64,000 bases of DNA from Escherichia phage LYE-01. Shown piece by piece: positions 17,569 through 27,615 of the stretch. The position numbers and the translations under genes are program-made. The stretch is taken from the sequence record PQ303785.1. One strand, 5' to 3'. Positions within the stretch are counted from its first letter, which is position 1; the number at the start of each line of letters is the position of its first letter. The notes beneath the pieces are model-generated. The model was not told where the DNA came from, ran no database searches, and saw only the letters and a program-made list of their open reading frames with translations.

Positions 17569-18407
17569 TTCAATTTGTAATTCCAAGTTATCAACGCGTA
17601 GGGGCAGTTTCTGCCCTTGATATGTTTCCGACTGATTATGAACCTCATATTGTAGTACGTGAACATGAAGAAAAAGCTTATTATGACGCTTACGGGTCTA
17701 GAGCTAAAATTATAACTATTCCTGATGATGTTAATGGAATTGCTGGTACTCGTAAAGCAATTACTGATATGTATGCAGGTCAACGAATCTGGATGATTGA
17801 TGATGATACTACTATTCGTATGAGTTCAATGCGAAAGAAAGATGATCGTCGCTGCGTAGATAAAATTAATCAGTTAACCCGTGAGCAGTTCTATGAATTG
17901 ATTCAATACGTTGAAGATGCCATGGATTGCGGGTATTATCATGGTCATGCTCGTCTACCAATTTTTAAAATTACTTCATCTTGGGGTAATTATCGTGAAA
18001 ATTCATATGGATTCACGAATACATGGTATGATTTAGGAAAACTTACAACAGAACAAATTGGGTATGGAAAAATTGATTTATGCGAAGATATGTATGCATT
18101 TCTCAATTTAATTAATCAAGGTTATCCACATTTAGCCTTGTTCAAATATCTGGTTGTATCCGGAAAAGCACAGGCTCCCGGTGGATGCAGCTCAATTCGT
18201 AGTAATTCTAAACATAATAGAGCGCTTGAGCAAATCAATAGAGAGTTTCCAGAGCAAGCTCGTTGGAAAACTTCTAATATTGAAAAACGAAAATCATTAG
18301 GTGAAGAAGACGAGCCATTAAAGGTTCTTCGCATGTGTGTTTCACGCAAAGAAAAATCAGAAGCGTTTCATAAGTTTAATGCTATTCATCCAATAGCGGT
18401 TGATTAA
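17565..18407 (+). CDS. glycosyltransferase, GT-A-like with DxD motif; candidate beta-alpha-glucosyl-HMC transferase in the T4 beta-gt position (280 aa)
   Basis: IWMIDDDT DxD motif; occupies the 42-uvsX slot but is not T4 beta-gt (351 aa, different sequence by recall); ATG overlaps gene 42 stop. Confidence 0.55.
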   Translation: MIQFVIPSYQRVGAVSALDMFPTDYEPHIVVREHEEKAYYDAYGSRAKIITIPDDVNGIAGTRKAITDMYAGQRIWMIDDDTTIRMSSMRKKDDRRCVDKINQLTREQFYELIQYVEDAMDCGYYHGHARLPIFKITSSWGNYRENSYGFTNTWYDLGKLTTEQIGYGKIDLCEDMYAFLNLINQGYPHLALFKYLVVSGKAQAPGGCSSIRSNSKHNRALEQINREFPEQARWKTSNIEKRKSLGEEDEPLKVLRMCVSRKEKSEAFHKFNAIHPIAVD

Positions 18408-18485
18408 TGCCTAAATTTATTGTGTTATAATTACTCTATCTTTAACCAGTGAGGAAAATATAATGATGCCTATGGAAAAAAATGA

Positions 18486-19667
18486 ATGTCTATTGCAGAT
18501 TTAAAATCCCGTTTGATTAAAGCTTCCACTTCTAAAATGACTGCTGAACTGACTACATCTAAATTCTTTAATGAAAAGGATGTAATCCGTACAAAAATCC
18601 CAATGCTTAATATCGCTATTTCAGGTGCGATTGACGGTGGTATGCAGTCTGGTTTAACCATTTTTGCAGGTCCTTCTAAACACTTTAAATCAAATATGTC
18701 TTTGACTATGGTTGCGGCGTATTTGAACAAATATCCTGACGCGGTATGTCTATTTTATGATAGCGAATTTGGTATTACTCCAGCTTATTTGCGATCCATG
18801 GGAGTTGACCCGGAACGAGTAATTCATACACCAATCCAGTCAGTTGAACAGCTGAAAATTGATATGGTGAATCAGCTTGAAGCTATTGAGCGCGGTGAAA
18901 AGGTTATTGTATTCATTGACTCAATCGGTAATATGGCTTCTAAGAAAGAAACGGAAGATGCCTTGAATGAAAAATCTGTGGCAGATATGACTCGTGCTAA
19001 ATCACTGAAGTCATTATTCCGTATTGTTACTCCTTATTTTAGTATTAAAAACATTCCGTGTGTTGCGGTTAACCATACAATTGAAACAATTGAAATGTTT
19101 AGTAAAACCGTGATGACAGGTGGTACAGGCGTAATGTATTCGGCTGATACTGTATTCATTATCGGTAAGCGCCAGATTAAAGATGGTTCTGATCTTCAGG
19201 GGTATCAATTTGTTCTAAATGTAGAAAAATCTCGTACCGTTAAAGAAAAAAGTAAATTCTTTATTGATGTTAAATTTGACGGTGGCATCGATCCTTATTC
19301 TGGATTGTTAGATATGGCTCTTGAATTAGGATTTGTGGTAAAACCTAAAAATGGCTGGTATGCTCGTGAATTTCTTGACGAAGAAACTGGCGAGATGATT
19401 CGCGAAGAAAAATCTTGGCGTGCAAAAGATACCAATTGCACTACATTCTGGGGTCCTTTATTTAAGCATCAACCATTCCGAGATGCTATTAAACGTGCTT
19501 ATCAATTAGGTGCTATTGATAGTAATGAAATTGTTGAAGCTGAAGTTGATGAATTAATTAACTCAAAGGTTGAAAAATTTAAATCTCCAGAAAGTAAAAG
19601 TAAATCAGCAGCTGATTTAGAAACTGACCTAGATCAGTTAAGTGATATGGAAGAATTTAATGAATAA
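18486..19667 (+). CDS. uvsX: UvsX recombinase (RecA-like, 393 aa)
   Basis: Walker A GPSKHFKS; high similarity to T4 UvsX by recall. Confidence 0.9.
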   Translation: MSIADLKSRLIKASTSKMTAELTTSKFFNEKDVIRTKIPMLNIAISGAIDGGMQSGLTIFAGPSKHFKSNMSLTMVAAYLNKYPDAVCLFYDSEFGITPAYLRSMGVDPERVIHTPIQSVEQLKIDMVNQLEAIERGEKVIVFIDSIGNMASKKETEDALNEKSVADMTRAKSLKSLFRIVTPYFSIKNIPCVAVNHTIETIEMFSKTVMTGGTGVMYSADTVFIIGKRQIKDGSDLQGYQFVLNVEKSRTVKEKSKFFIDVKFDGGIDPYSGLLDMALELGFVVKPKNGWYAREFLDEETGEMIREEKSWRAKDTNCTTFWGPLFKHQPFRDAIKRAYQLGAIDSNEIVEAEVDELINSKVEKFKSPESKSKSAADLETDLDQLSDMEEFNE

Positions 19668-19998
19668 AGATGATTTAGATCTAGAAATTATCGACGAATC
19701 CCCCTCTTCGGAGGGGGAAGAAGAAAGAAAAGAACGTCTTTTTAATGAATCTCTTAAGATAATTAAATCTGCCATGGAAAATGTTATCCAGGAGATTGTC
19801 ATTAAACTAGAAGACGGTTCTACACACATTGTGTATGTGACAAAATTAGATTGGGTTGATGGAAAAGTCGTAATGGACTTTGCTGTTCTTGACCAAGAAA
19901 GAAAAGCTGAGTTAGCTCCTCATGTAGAAAAATGTATTACAATGCAACTACAAGATGCATTTAATAAAAGGTCAAAGAAAAAATTTAAATTCTTTTAA
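19660..19998 (+). CDS. 40: gp40 head-vertex assembly protein (112 aa from ATG 19660; frame open from 19642)
   Basis: Small ORF between uvsX and 41; start overlaps uvsX stop. Confidence 0.55.
   Translation: MNKDDLDLEIIDESPSSEGEEERKERLFNESLKIIKSAMENVIQEIVIKLEDGSTHIVYVTKLDWVDGKVVMDFAVLDQERKAELAPHVEKCITMQLQDAFNKRSKKKFKFF
19700..19717 (+). repeat. perfect 7-bp hairpin with UUCG loop inside gene 40 coding sequence
   Basis: CCCCCTC-TTCG-GAGGGGG. Confidence 0.4.
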
Positions 19999-20007
19999 GG
20001 AGTAAGT

Positions 20008-21435
20008 GTGGTAGAAATTATTCTTTCTCATCTCATATTTGATCAAGCTTATTTTTCAAAAGTTTGGCCATATATGGATTCAGAATATTTTGAAAGTGGT
20101 CCAGCTAAAAATACATTCAAATTAATTAAATCTCATGTTAATGAGTACCATAGCGTTCCATCTATTAATGCGTTAAATGTTGCGTTAGAAAATAGTTCAT
20201 TTACTGAAACAGAATATTCTGGTGTAAAAACACTTATTTCAAAACTGGCCGATTCTCCGGAAGACCATAGCTGGTTAGTAAAAGAAACAGAAAAATATGT
20301 TCAGCAAAGGGCGATGTTTAACGCTACATCTAAAATAATTGAAATTCAAACTAATGCTGAGCTTCCTCCGGAAAAACGAAATAAGAAAATGCCAGATGTA
20401 GGTGCTATTCCTGACATCATGCGCCAAGCATTATCAATTTCATTTGATAGTTACGTTGGTCATGATTGGATGGATGACTACGAAGCACGTTGGCTATCTT
20501 ATATGAATAAAGCTCGTAAGGTTCCATTTAAACTCAAAATTCTAAATAAAATTACTAAAGGCGGAGCTGAAACTGGAACACTGAACGTTTTAATGGCTGG
20601 TGTTAACGTTGGTAAGTCATTAGGTCTGTGTTCATTGGCAGCAGATTATTTACAGCTTGGACATAATGTTCTTTACATTTCCATGGAAATGGCAGAAGAA
20701 GTCTGTGCTAAACGTATTGATGCTAATATGCTTGACGTTTCTCTTGATGACATTGATGATGGGCATATTTCTTACGCTGAATATAAAGGAAAAATGGAAA
20801 AATGGCGTGAGAAATCTACTCTTGGACGTTTAATCGTTAAACAGTATCCTACTGGTGGAGCAGACGCTAATACATTTCGTTCTCTTTTGAACGAATTGAA
20901 GCTCAAGAAGAATTTTGTTCCAACAATCATTATTGTCGACTATCTGGGCATTTGTAAATCTTGCCGCATCAGAGTTTATTCGGAAAATAGTTACACAACT
21001 GTTAAAGCCATCGCAGAAGAATTGCGTGCTCTGGCTGTTGAAACTGAAACTGTTCTTTGGACTGCAGCACAGGTTGGTAAGCAAGCTTGGGATTCTTCTG
21101 ATGTTAACATGAGCGATATTGCGGAATCTGCCGGTCTTCCAGCAACAGCCGATTTTATGCTTGCGGTCATTGAAACCGAGGAGTTAGCAGCTGCTGAACA
21201 ACAACTCATTAAGCAAATCAAATCACGATATGGTGATAAGAATAAATGGAATAAGTTTTTGATGGGTGTTCAAAAAGGAAATCAGAAATGGGTAGAAATT
21301 GAACAAGATTCTACTCCAACTGAAGTGAACGAAGTAGCAGGTTCACAACAGATACAAGCTGAACAGAACCGCTATCAAAGAAACGAATCCACTCGAGCTC
21401 AGTTAGATGCTTTGGCGAATGAATTAAAATTTTAG
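20008..21435 (+). CDS. 41: gp41 replicative DNA helicase (475 aa, GTG start)
   Basis: Begins MVEIILSHLIFDQAYF; Walker A GVNVGKS; 475 aa as T4 gp41. Confidence 0.9.
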   Translation: MVEIILSHLIFDQAYFSKVWPYMDSEYFESGPAKNTFKLIKSHVNEYHSVPSINALNVALENSSFTETEYSGVKTLISKLADSPEDHSWLVKETEKYVQQRAMFNATSKIIEIQTNAELPPEKRNKKMPDVGAIPDIMRQALSISFDSYVGHDWMDDYEARWLSYMNKARKVPFKLKILNKITKGGAETGTLNVLMAGVNVGKSLGLCSLAADYLQLGHNVLYISMEMAEEVCAKRIDANMLDVSLDDIDDGHISYAEYKGKMEKWREKSTLGRLIVKQYPTGGADANTFRSLLNELKLKKNFVPTIIIVDYLGICKSCRIRVYSENSYTTVKAIAEELRALAVETETVLWTAAQVGKQAWDSSDVNMSDIAESAGLPATADFMLAVIETEELAAAEQQLIKQIKSRYGDKNKWNKFLMGVQKGNQKWVEIEQDSTPTEVNEVAGSQQIQAEQNRYQRNESTRAQLDALANELKF

Positions 21436-21464
21436 TTTACAAGCTGACAAGACTATGGTATAGT
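21435..21464 (+). promoter_or_regulatory. early promoter; -35 GTTTAC shares its G with the gene 41 TAG stop; -10 lies inside an 8-bp inverted repeat
   Basis: TAGTTTACAAGCTGACAAGACTATGGTATAGTAGTCTTGT. Confidence 0.5.
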
Positions 21465-21493
21465 AGTCTTGTTGGTTAAATGAGGAGATTGTT

Positions 21494-21676
21494 ATGGAAT
21501 TGGTAAAGGTAGTTTTTATGGGGTGGTTTAAGAATGAAAGCATGTTTACTAAAGAAATCACAATGATGAAAGATGACGTTCAATGGGCTACTACTCAATA
21601 TGCTGAAGTTAATAAAGCATTAGTTAAAGCTTTCATTGATGACAAGAAAGTATGCGAAGTGGATTGCCGAGGATAA
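21494..21676 (+). CDS. dmd: Dmd, discriminator of mRNA degradation (60 aa)
   Basis: 60 aa beginning MELVKVVFMGWFKNESMF, recognised as T4 Dmd (gene 61.5). Confidence 0.75.
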   Translation: MELVKVVFMGWFKNESMFTKEITMMKDDVQWATTQYAEVNKALVKAFIDDKKVCEVDCRG

Positions 21677-21677
21677 T

Positions 21678-21920
21678 ATGCACATTGTTTTATTTAAACC
21701 TACTCCGTATAATGTCAGGAAAAATACTCAATTCAAGGCACTTATTGCGGATACGTGGGAATTGGTGTTAGATATTCCAGCAGAAGAAAGCCCTCCATTT
21801 GGTCGAGTGGAATTTATTAAGTTTGCTGTGCGCCCTACGAAGCGACAGATTCGCCAATGCAAAAGATACTTTCGTAAAATCGTCAAGTTAGAGAAACAGT
21901 TATTGATGCTAGTAAAATAG
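21678..21920 (+). CDS. hypothetical protein, 61.4-like position (80 aa from ATG 21678)
   Basis: GAGGA SD; starts 2 nt after dmd stop; basic C-terminus. Confidence 0.4.
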   Translation: MHIVLFKPTPYNVRKNTQFKALIADTWELVLDIPAEESPPFGRVEFIKFAVRPTKRQIRQCKRYFRKIVKLEKQLLMLVK

Positions 21921-21922
21921 TA

Positions 21923-21952
21923 GTTTACAAGCTGATAGAGTTGTGTTATAGT
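21923..21952 (+). promoter_or_regulatory. early promoter (TAGTAGTTTAC, 18 nt spacer, TATAGT) with -10 embedded in a 9-bp inverted repeat
   Basis: AGCTGATAG...CTATCAGCT flank GTTATAGTA; paralogous to the element at 21435. Confidence 0.5.
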
Positions 21953-21983
21953 AATTCTATCAGCTAATCGCGGAGAAAAGAAA

Positions 21984-22238
21984 ATGATGCTAGTTAATAG
22001 AGAATATCAGTTTAAATCAGAAGAAGATTTGGAAAAATTCGCGAGTGGTTGTGAACTGAATAGACGCACAGCTAAAGTCATAGGATTAAAACCCTTTACA
22101 GTTCTAGATTGTGAAGTTTCTAAATTCCGCAGAGGGTGTTCTATTAGCGGTCATGCTCTGGTTGATGGAAACACATTTTTCTTTGTTTTTAGCGTCAGAG
22201 AACTTTTATTGATTAACGAACTTGAGGAAATAAAATAG
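21984..22238 (+). CDS. hypothetical protein (84 aa)
   Basis: ORF with its own promoter cassette and GGAG SD. Confidence 0.4.
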   Translation: MMLVNREYQFKSEEDLEKFASGCELNRRTAKVIGLKPFTVLDCEVSKFRRGCSISGHALVDGNTFFFVFSVRELLLINELEEIK

Positions 22239-22267
22239 TTTACTTTTGTTGGAAATTGAGATACTAT
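22238..22267 (+). promoter_or_regulatory. early promoter (TAGTTTAC junction) upstream of sp
   Basis: GTTTAC at 22238-22243 sharing G with the upstream TAG stop; TACTATTAT -10 region; GAGGAG SD. Confidence 0.45.
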
Positions 22268-22296
22268 TATAAACATAAACTACTGAGGAGATTATC

Positions 22297-22590
22297 ATGA
22301 AAAAATTTGTTTTTGCTGCAATTTTTGCTTTAGCTTCTTGCGCTGCTCAGCCTGCTATGGCAGGTTATGATAAAGATTTGTGCGAATGGTCTATGACTGC
22401 AGATCAGACTGAGGTTGAAACTCAGATTGAAGCAGATATTATGAATATCGTTGAGCGTGATCGCCCTGAAATGAAAGCTGAAGTACAAAAACAGCTTAAG
22501 TCTGGTGGTGTAATGCAGTATAATTACGTTCTGTATTGTGATAAAAACTTCAATAATAAAAATATCATCGCTGAAGTGGTAGGTGAATAA
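22297..22590 (+). CDS. sp: Spackle-like periplasmic protein (97 aa, signal peptide)
   Basis: 97 aa; N-terminal signal peptide MKKFVFAAIFALASCAAQPAMA; position between 41 and 61. Confidence 0.6.
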   Translation: MKKFVFAAIFALASCAAQPAMAGYDKDLCEWSMTADQTEVETQIEADIMNIVERDRPEMKAEVQKQLKSGGVMQYNYVLYCDKNFNNKNIIAEVVGE

Positions 22591-23216
22591 TGCTTTATCA
22601 AATGCACAAGTGCAAAGACACGTACAAATATAAAGGTGCCCAGTGTTATATCATTAATCGTGAAAACGCAGGTCCAGGTCATTCGCATCAATCGCGGTTT
22701 GTATTCGTTAAAAACAACGAAATTATAGCAGTTGCTAATTACGTGCTTGTGACTAGTGATGTTAATCCGGTGCCTTTTACATATTATAATCTAATGGACT
22801 TGGCGTACGATTATAATTGGTTTAATCATGACACTTTGGCTCATATCGAAGGCGTAGGATTTGACATCTCTTACTCTAGTTACTCGTTGTGTCCTATGAG
22901 CCGAGCTCATAAAGAGCCTGAATATTTTTCATTTCGGCGGCGCGTAGACTTTAAACGCAGCACAGAGTATATTGGTGGAATCTTTGTTAAAGATAATCGA
23001 ATTACTCGCATTATTTATCCTTTGGGTTGTGGTCAAAAAGATATTGAGGTTGATTTAGACTTTACTGAAAACATCATTAATCATATTGCTTCTGTGTATT
23101 TTGATATTGATCACAAAATTGTAATATGCGGATATGAATTACCATCGGAAAAACAGTTTAAAGTAAAAGTTTCTATTGATGACCAAATTTTTAATGCTTT
23201 TATGAATAGAGGTTAA
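22590..23216 (+). CDS. hypothetical protein, 61.2-like position (208 aa)
   Basis: ATG overlaps sp stop (TAATG). Confidence 0.45.
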   Translation: MLYQMHKCKDTYKYKGAQCYIINRENAGPGHSHQSRFVFVKNNEIIAVANYVLVTSDVNPVPFTYYNLMDLAYDYNWFNHDTLAHIEGVGFDISYSSYSLCPMSRAHKEPEYFSFRRRVDFKRSTEYIGGIFVKDNRITRIIYPLGCGQKDIEVDLDFTENIINHIASVYFDIDHKIVICGYELPSEKQFKVKVSIDDQIFNAFMNRG

Positions 23217-23217
23217 T

Positions 23218-23382
23218 ATGAAAACATATAAAGAATTTATCAAAGAAGATATGGTAGCTGGAGATTCAGGTGGTAATCCTGAAAATATCTCTACTGGAAC
23301 AACGTCAGGCGCTGTAGTAAATAAAGGTCCTGAACAGATTCCTAAAAAGAAAAAAGAGGAATCTAAAGAAAAAGAAGAGTAA
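23218..23382 (+). CDS. hypothetical small protein (54 aa)
   Basis: ORF filling the gap before gene 61; Lys/Glu-rich tail. Confidence 0.3.
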   Translation: MKTYKEFIKEDMVAGDSGGNPENISTGTTSGAVVNKGPEQIPKKKKEESKEKEE

Positions 23383-23384
23383 AA

Positions 23385-24413
23385 ATGTCATCAATACCTT
23401 GGATTGATAATGAGTTTGCATACCGTGCGCTAGCTCATTTACCTAAATTCACACAAGTAAATAATAGTTCAACTTTTAAATTACGGTTTAGATGCCCTGT
23501 TTGTGGAGATTCAAAAACCGACCAAAATAAAGCCCGTGGATGGTATTATGGCGATAATAATGAAGGAAATATTCATTGTTATAATTGCAACTATCATGCA
23601 CCAATCGGAATATATTTAAAGGAGTTTGAACCCGATTTATATCGTGAGTATATCTTTGAAATAAGAAAAGAAAAAGGTAAAAGTCGTCCAGTAGAAAAAC
23701 CTAAAGAACTTCCTAAACAACCTGAGAAGAAAATAATTAAATCTCTTCCGTCATGTATTAGATTAGATAAACTGGCGGAAGACCATCCAATTATAAAATA
23801 CGTAAAAGCTCGCTGTATTCCAAAGGACAAATGGAAATATCTTTGGTTTACAACCGAATGGCCTAAATTAGTTAATAGCATAGTACCAGGAACATACAAA
23901 AAGGAAATACCTGAGCCTCGTCTTGTTATTCCAATTTATAATGCTAATGGAAAAGCTGAGTCTTTTCAAGGACGTGCATTAAAGAAAGATGCTCCTCAAA
24001 AATATATCACCATCAAAGCTTATCCTGAGGCAACAAAAATCTATGGTGTTGAACGGATTAAAGACGGTGATGTATATGTTCTAGAAGGACCTATAGATTC
24101 GCTTTTTATTGAAAATGGTATAGCTATTACGGGCGGTCAATTAGACCTAGAAATTGTTCCATTTAAAGATAGACGTGTATGGGTTTTAGATAATGAACCT
24201 CGTCACCCTGACACTATTAAACGAATGACTAAATTAGTTGATGCAGGAGAAAGGGTTATGTTTTGGGATAAATCTCCCTGGAAATCAAAAGATGTTAATG
24301 ATATGATTAGAAAGGAAGGTGCAACCCCTGAACAAATTATGGAATATATGAAAAATAATATTGCCCAAGGGCTGATGGCTAAAATGCGGCTATCTAAATA
24401 TGCTAAGATTTAA
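23385..24413 (+). CDS. 61: gp61 DNA primase (342 aa)
   Basis: Begins MSSIPWIDNEFAYRALAHLPKF; Zn-ribbon CPVCGDS...CYNC; 342 aa as T4 gp61. Confidence 0.9.
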   Translation: MSSIPWIDNEFAYRALAHLPKFTQVNNSSTFKLRFRCPVCGDSKTDQNKARGWYYGDNNEGNIHCYNCNYHAPIGIYLKEFEPDLYREYIFEIRKEKGKSRPVEKPKELPKQPEKKIIKSLPSCIRLDKLAEDHPIIKYVKARCIPKDKWKYLWFTTEWPKLVNSIVPGTYKKEIPEPRLVIPIYNANGKAESFQGRALKKDAPQKYITIKAYPEATKIYGVERIKDGDVYVLEGPIDSLFIENGIAITGGQLDLEIVPFKDRRVWVLDNEPRHPDTIKRMTKLVDAGERVMFWDKSPWKSKDVNDMIRKEGATPEQIMEYMKNNIAQGLMAKMRLSKYAKI

Positions 24414-24610
24414 ATTAACCCAACCAAAGCAAATGCTAAATCTACGAATGTATCAAGAGTAATTACTGGAATACTAACGCCATGAGCAATAGCAACTGGC
24501 GATAAAACAAAATTCCAAAGTAAAATTCCTATCATAGCAGAAATAGTAAAAGCTATACGTTTTTTATTACCTTTGATGGCATTAACAAGTGCCATTAATT
24601 TTTGTACCAT
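24410..24610 (-). CDS. hypothetical small two-TM membrane protein (66 aa), antisense to the early block
   Basis: ATG preceded by AGGAGG at 7 nt spacing; two hydrophobic helices; stop overlaps gene 61 stop tail-to-tail. Confidence 0.45.
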   Translation of the reverse strand: MVQKLMALVNAIKGNKKRIAFTISAMIGILLWNFVLSPVAIAHGVSIPVITLDTFVDLAFALVGLI

Positions 24611-24659
24611 GCGTCGTCCTCCTTTAAATTAAATATTTATCGCAAATTTTACAAAATTT

Positions 24660-24689
24660 GTTTACTTTCTCAGCTTGCTGTGGTATTAT
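24660..24689 (+). promoter_or_regulatory. T4-type early promoter (GTTTAC, 18 nt spacer, TG-extended TATTAT) driving ORF 24715
   Basis: TTTGTTTACTTTCTCAGCTTGCTGTGGTATTAT then CTGAGGATAAT SD leader. Confidence 0.55.
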
Positions 24690-24714
24690 AAAATAAACTG
24701 CTGAGGATAATATA

Positions 24715-26054
<1,340 letters not shown>

Positions 26055-26055
26055 C

Positions 26056-26080
26056 TGCTTATATATTCAAATGATATAAT
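26056..26080 (+). promoter_or_regulatory. candidate MotA-dependent middle promoter upstream of gene 56
   Basis: TGCTTA at 26056-26061, 13 nt, TATAAT at 26075-26080. Confidence 0.4.
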
Positions 26081-26114
26081 TATTTAACTTATTAATGAAT
26101 TGAAAGGAAAAATA

Positions 26115-26633
26115 ATGGCATACTTTAATGAATGTTCACAACTGATTGAAGGCGCTGATAAAGCTCAAAATGAATACTGGGATATTCTCGGTGATGAAAA
26201 AGACCCGCTGCAAGTTATGCTTGATATGCAGAAATCTTTGCAGGTTCGTTTAGCTAAAGATAAACCTGAATATAACCGTCATCCTGATGATTTGGCTACT
26301 GCAGGTGAAGTTGTCGATTGGCTGCGTAATCAGAAAGATTATATTGACGATGAATTCCGTGAACTTCTGACATCTCTTGGCGGTATGAGCAATGGCGAAA
26401 AAGATGCATCTGCTGTATGGAAGCCTTGGAAAGCTCAACATGGTGAACGTCGTGAAACTCTAATTACTGATTTGTCTCCACAAGACCAGTTGGAAATTAA
26501 ATTCGAAATGATTGATATTCTTCATTTCGTTCTGAATATGTTCCAAGGTCTCGGCCTTACTGCTGAAGAAATCTTTAAACTTTATTATCTGAAGAATGCT
26601 GAAAACTTCGCTCGTCAAGACCGAGGTTATTAA
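26115..26633 (+). CDS. 56: gp56 dCTPase/dUTPase (172 aa from ATG 26115)
   Basis: Begins MAYFNECSQLIEG, similar to T4 gp56; ends ARQDRGY. Confidence 0.85.
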   Translation: MAYFNECSQLIEGADKAQNEYWDILGDEKDPLQVMLDMQKSLQVRLAKDKPEYNRHPDDLATAGEVVDWLRNQKDYIDDEFRELLTSLGGMSNGEKDASAVWKPWKAQHGERRETLITDLSPQDQLEIKFEMIDILHFVLNMFQGLGLTAEEIFKLYYLKNAENFARQDRGY

Positions 26634-26677
26634 TAGCTCGTTTATTTAAACGACGACTTAAAAGCCGCGAGAATTAT

Positions 26678-26685
26678 TATAAATA
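26678..26685 (+). promoter_or_regulatory. T4 late promoter TATAAATA upstream of soc
   Basis: Exact TATAAATA 31 nt upstream of soc ATG. Confidence 0.6.
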
Positions 26686-26715
26686 ATCATGTAATTTAAA
26701 TAAAAGGAGAATTAC

Positions 26716-26961
26716 ATGGCTAGTACTCGCGGTTATGTTAATATCAAAACGTTTGAGCAGAAATTAGATGGAAATAAGAAAATTGAAGGAAAGGAAATTT
26801 CTGTAGCTTTCCCTCTTTATTCTGACGTTCACAAAATTTCTGGCGCTCATTACCAGACATTCCCTTCAGAAAAAGCAGCATATACTACTGTATATGAAGA
26901 AAATCAACGTACTGAATGGATTGCCGCAAACGAAGATTTGTGGAAAGTAACTGGTGGTTAA
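26716..26961 (+). CDS. soc: Soc small outer capsid protein (81 aa)
   Basis: Begins MASTRGYVNIKTFEQKLDGNKKIEGKEISVAFPLY, recognised as T4 Soc. Confidence 0.85.
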   Translation: MASTRGYVNIKTFEQKLDGNKKIEGKEISVAFPLYSDVHKISGAHYQTFPSEKAAYTTVYEENQRTEWIAANEDLWKVTGG

Positions 26962-26967
26962 TAATTC

Positions 26968-26994
26968 AAGGACTCCTTCGGGAGTCCTTTTTTC
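26968..26994 (+). terminator. rho-independent terminator GGACTCC-TTCG-GGAGTCC plus TTTTTT
   Basis: Stem-loop with UUCG loop and T6 run after soc. Confidence 0.65.
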
Positions 26995-27003
26995 ATTTTA
27001 CTG

Positions 27004-27033
27004 GTTTACTTTCCAAAATGAGTATGGTATAAT
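27004..27033 (+). promoter_or_regulatory. T4-type early promoter (GTTTAC, 18 nt spacer, TATGGTATAAT)
   Basis: Consensus -35/-10 with TG extension; GGAGAG SD; precedes ORF 27060. Confidence 0.55.
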
Positions 27034-27059
27034 AAAATTATCTTATAGAGGAGAGCACT

Positions 27060-27266
27060 ATGTTAAATCGCTGGATTAAACCAAATGAAGATTTAGATAT
27101 TATCATTTCACGACATGTAATGAAGAAATATGAACTACAGCCATGGTCTACAGAAGTTGTTGTGCATTCATTTATGATGTACGCAGATGGTTCTGTCGAA
27201 TTTAATGCAGAGATTCGATATGATTATGGTGAGAAGCAAGTTGAATTCAAGAGAGGCTTTTTGTAA
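27060..27266 (+). CDS. hypothetical protein (68 aa)
   Basis: ORF with SD. Confidence 0.4.
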   Translation: MLNRWIKPNEDLDIIISRHVMKKYELQPWSTEVVVHSFMMYADGSVEFNAEIRYDYGEKQVEFKRGFL

Positions 27267-27607
27267 TGTTTATCTTTAACTGGTTTAAAAATTTCTTTAC
27301 GGATTTTTTCTCTACAGCTCCTGGAGAAGGTGTAGTTCCTATTTCAAATGACTACCTTCCTTTAACTGTAGTTGAATATGTTTATATGGGAGATGGAACA
27401 GTAGAAGCGGTTACTATGACTTATGAAGAAGCCCAGGAATATTATAAAAATCCTTGGCGCTGGTCAACACCTGCTGCATCATCTAATACACAGAATACAC
27501 AGTCTAGTTCTGATTCATATGACACTAATGTTCCTGTTCATGTATGGGCGGGCGATTCGTGTGGAAGTTCTTGTGATTCTAGTTGTTCATCTACATTTTG
27601 CGATTGA
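27266..27607 (+). CDS. hypothetical protein with Cys/Ser-rich C-terminus (113 aa)
   Basis: C-terminal [18 protein letters not shown]. Confidence 0.4.
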   Translation: MFIFNWFKNFFTDFFSTAPGEGVVPISNDYLPLTVVEYVYMGDGTVEAVTMTYEEAQEYYKNPWRWSTPAASSNTQNTQSSSDSYDTNVPVHVWAGDSCGSSCDSSCSSTFCD

Positions 27608-27615
27608 GGAAAATT

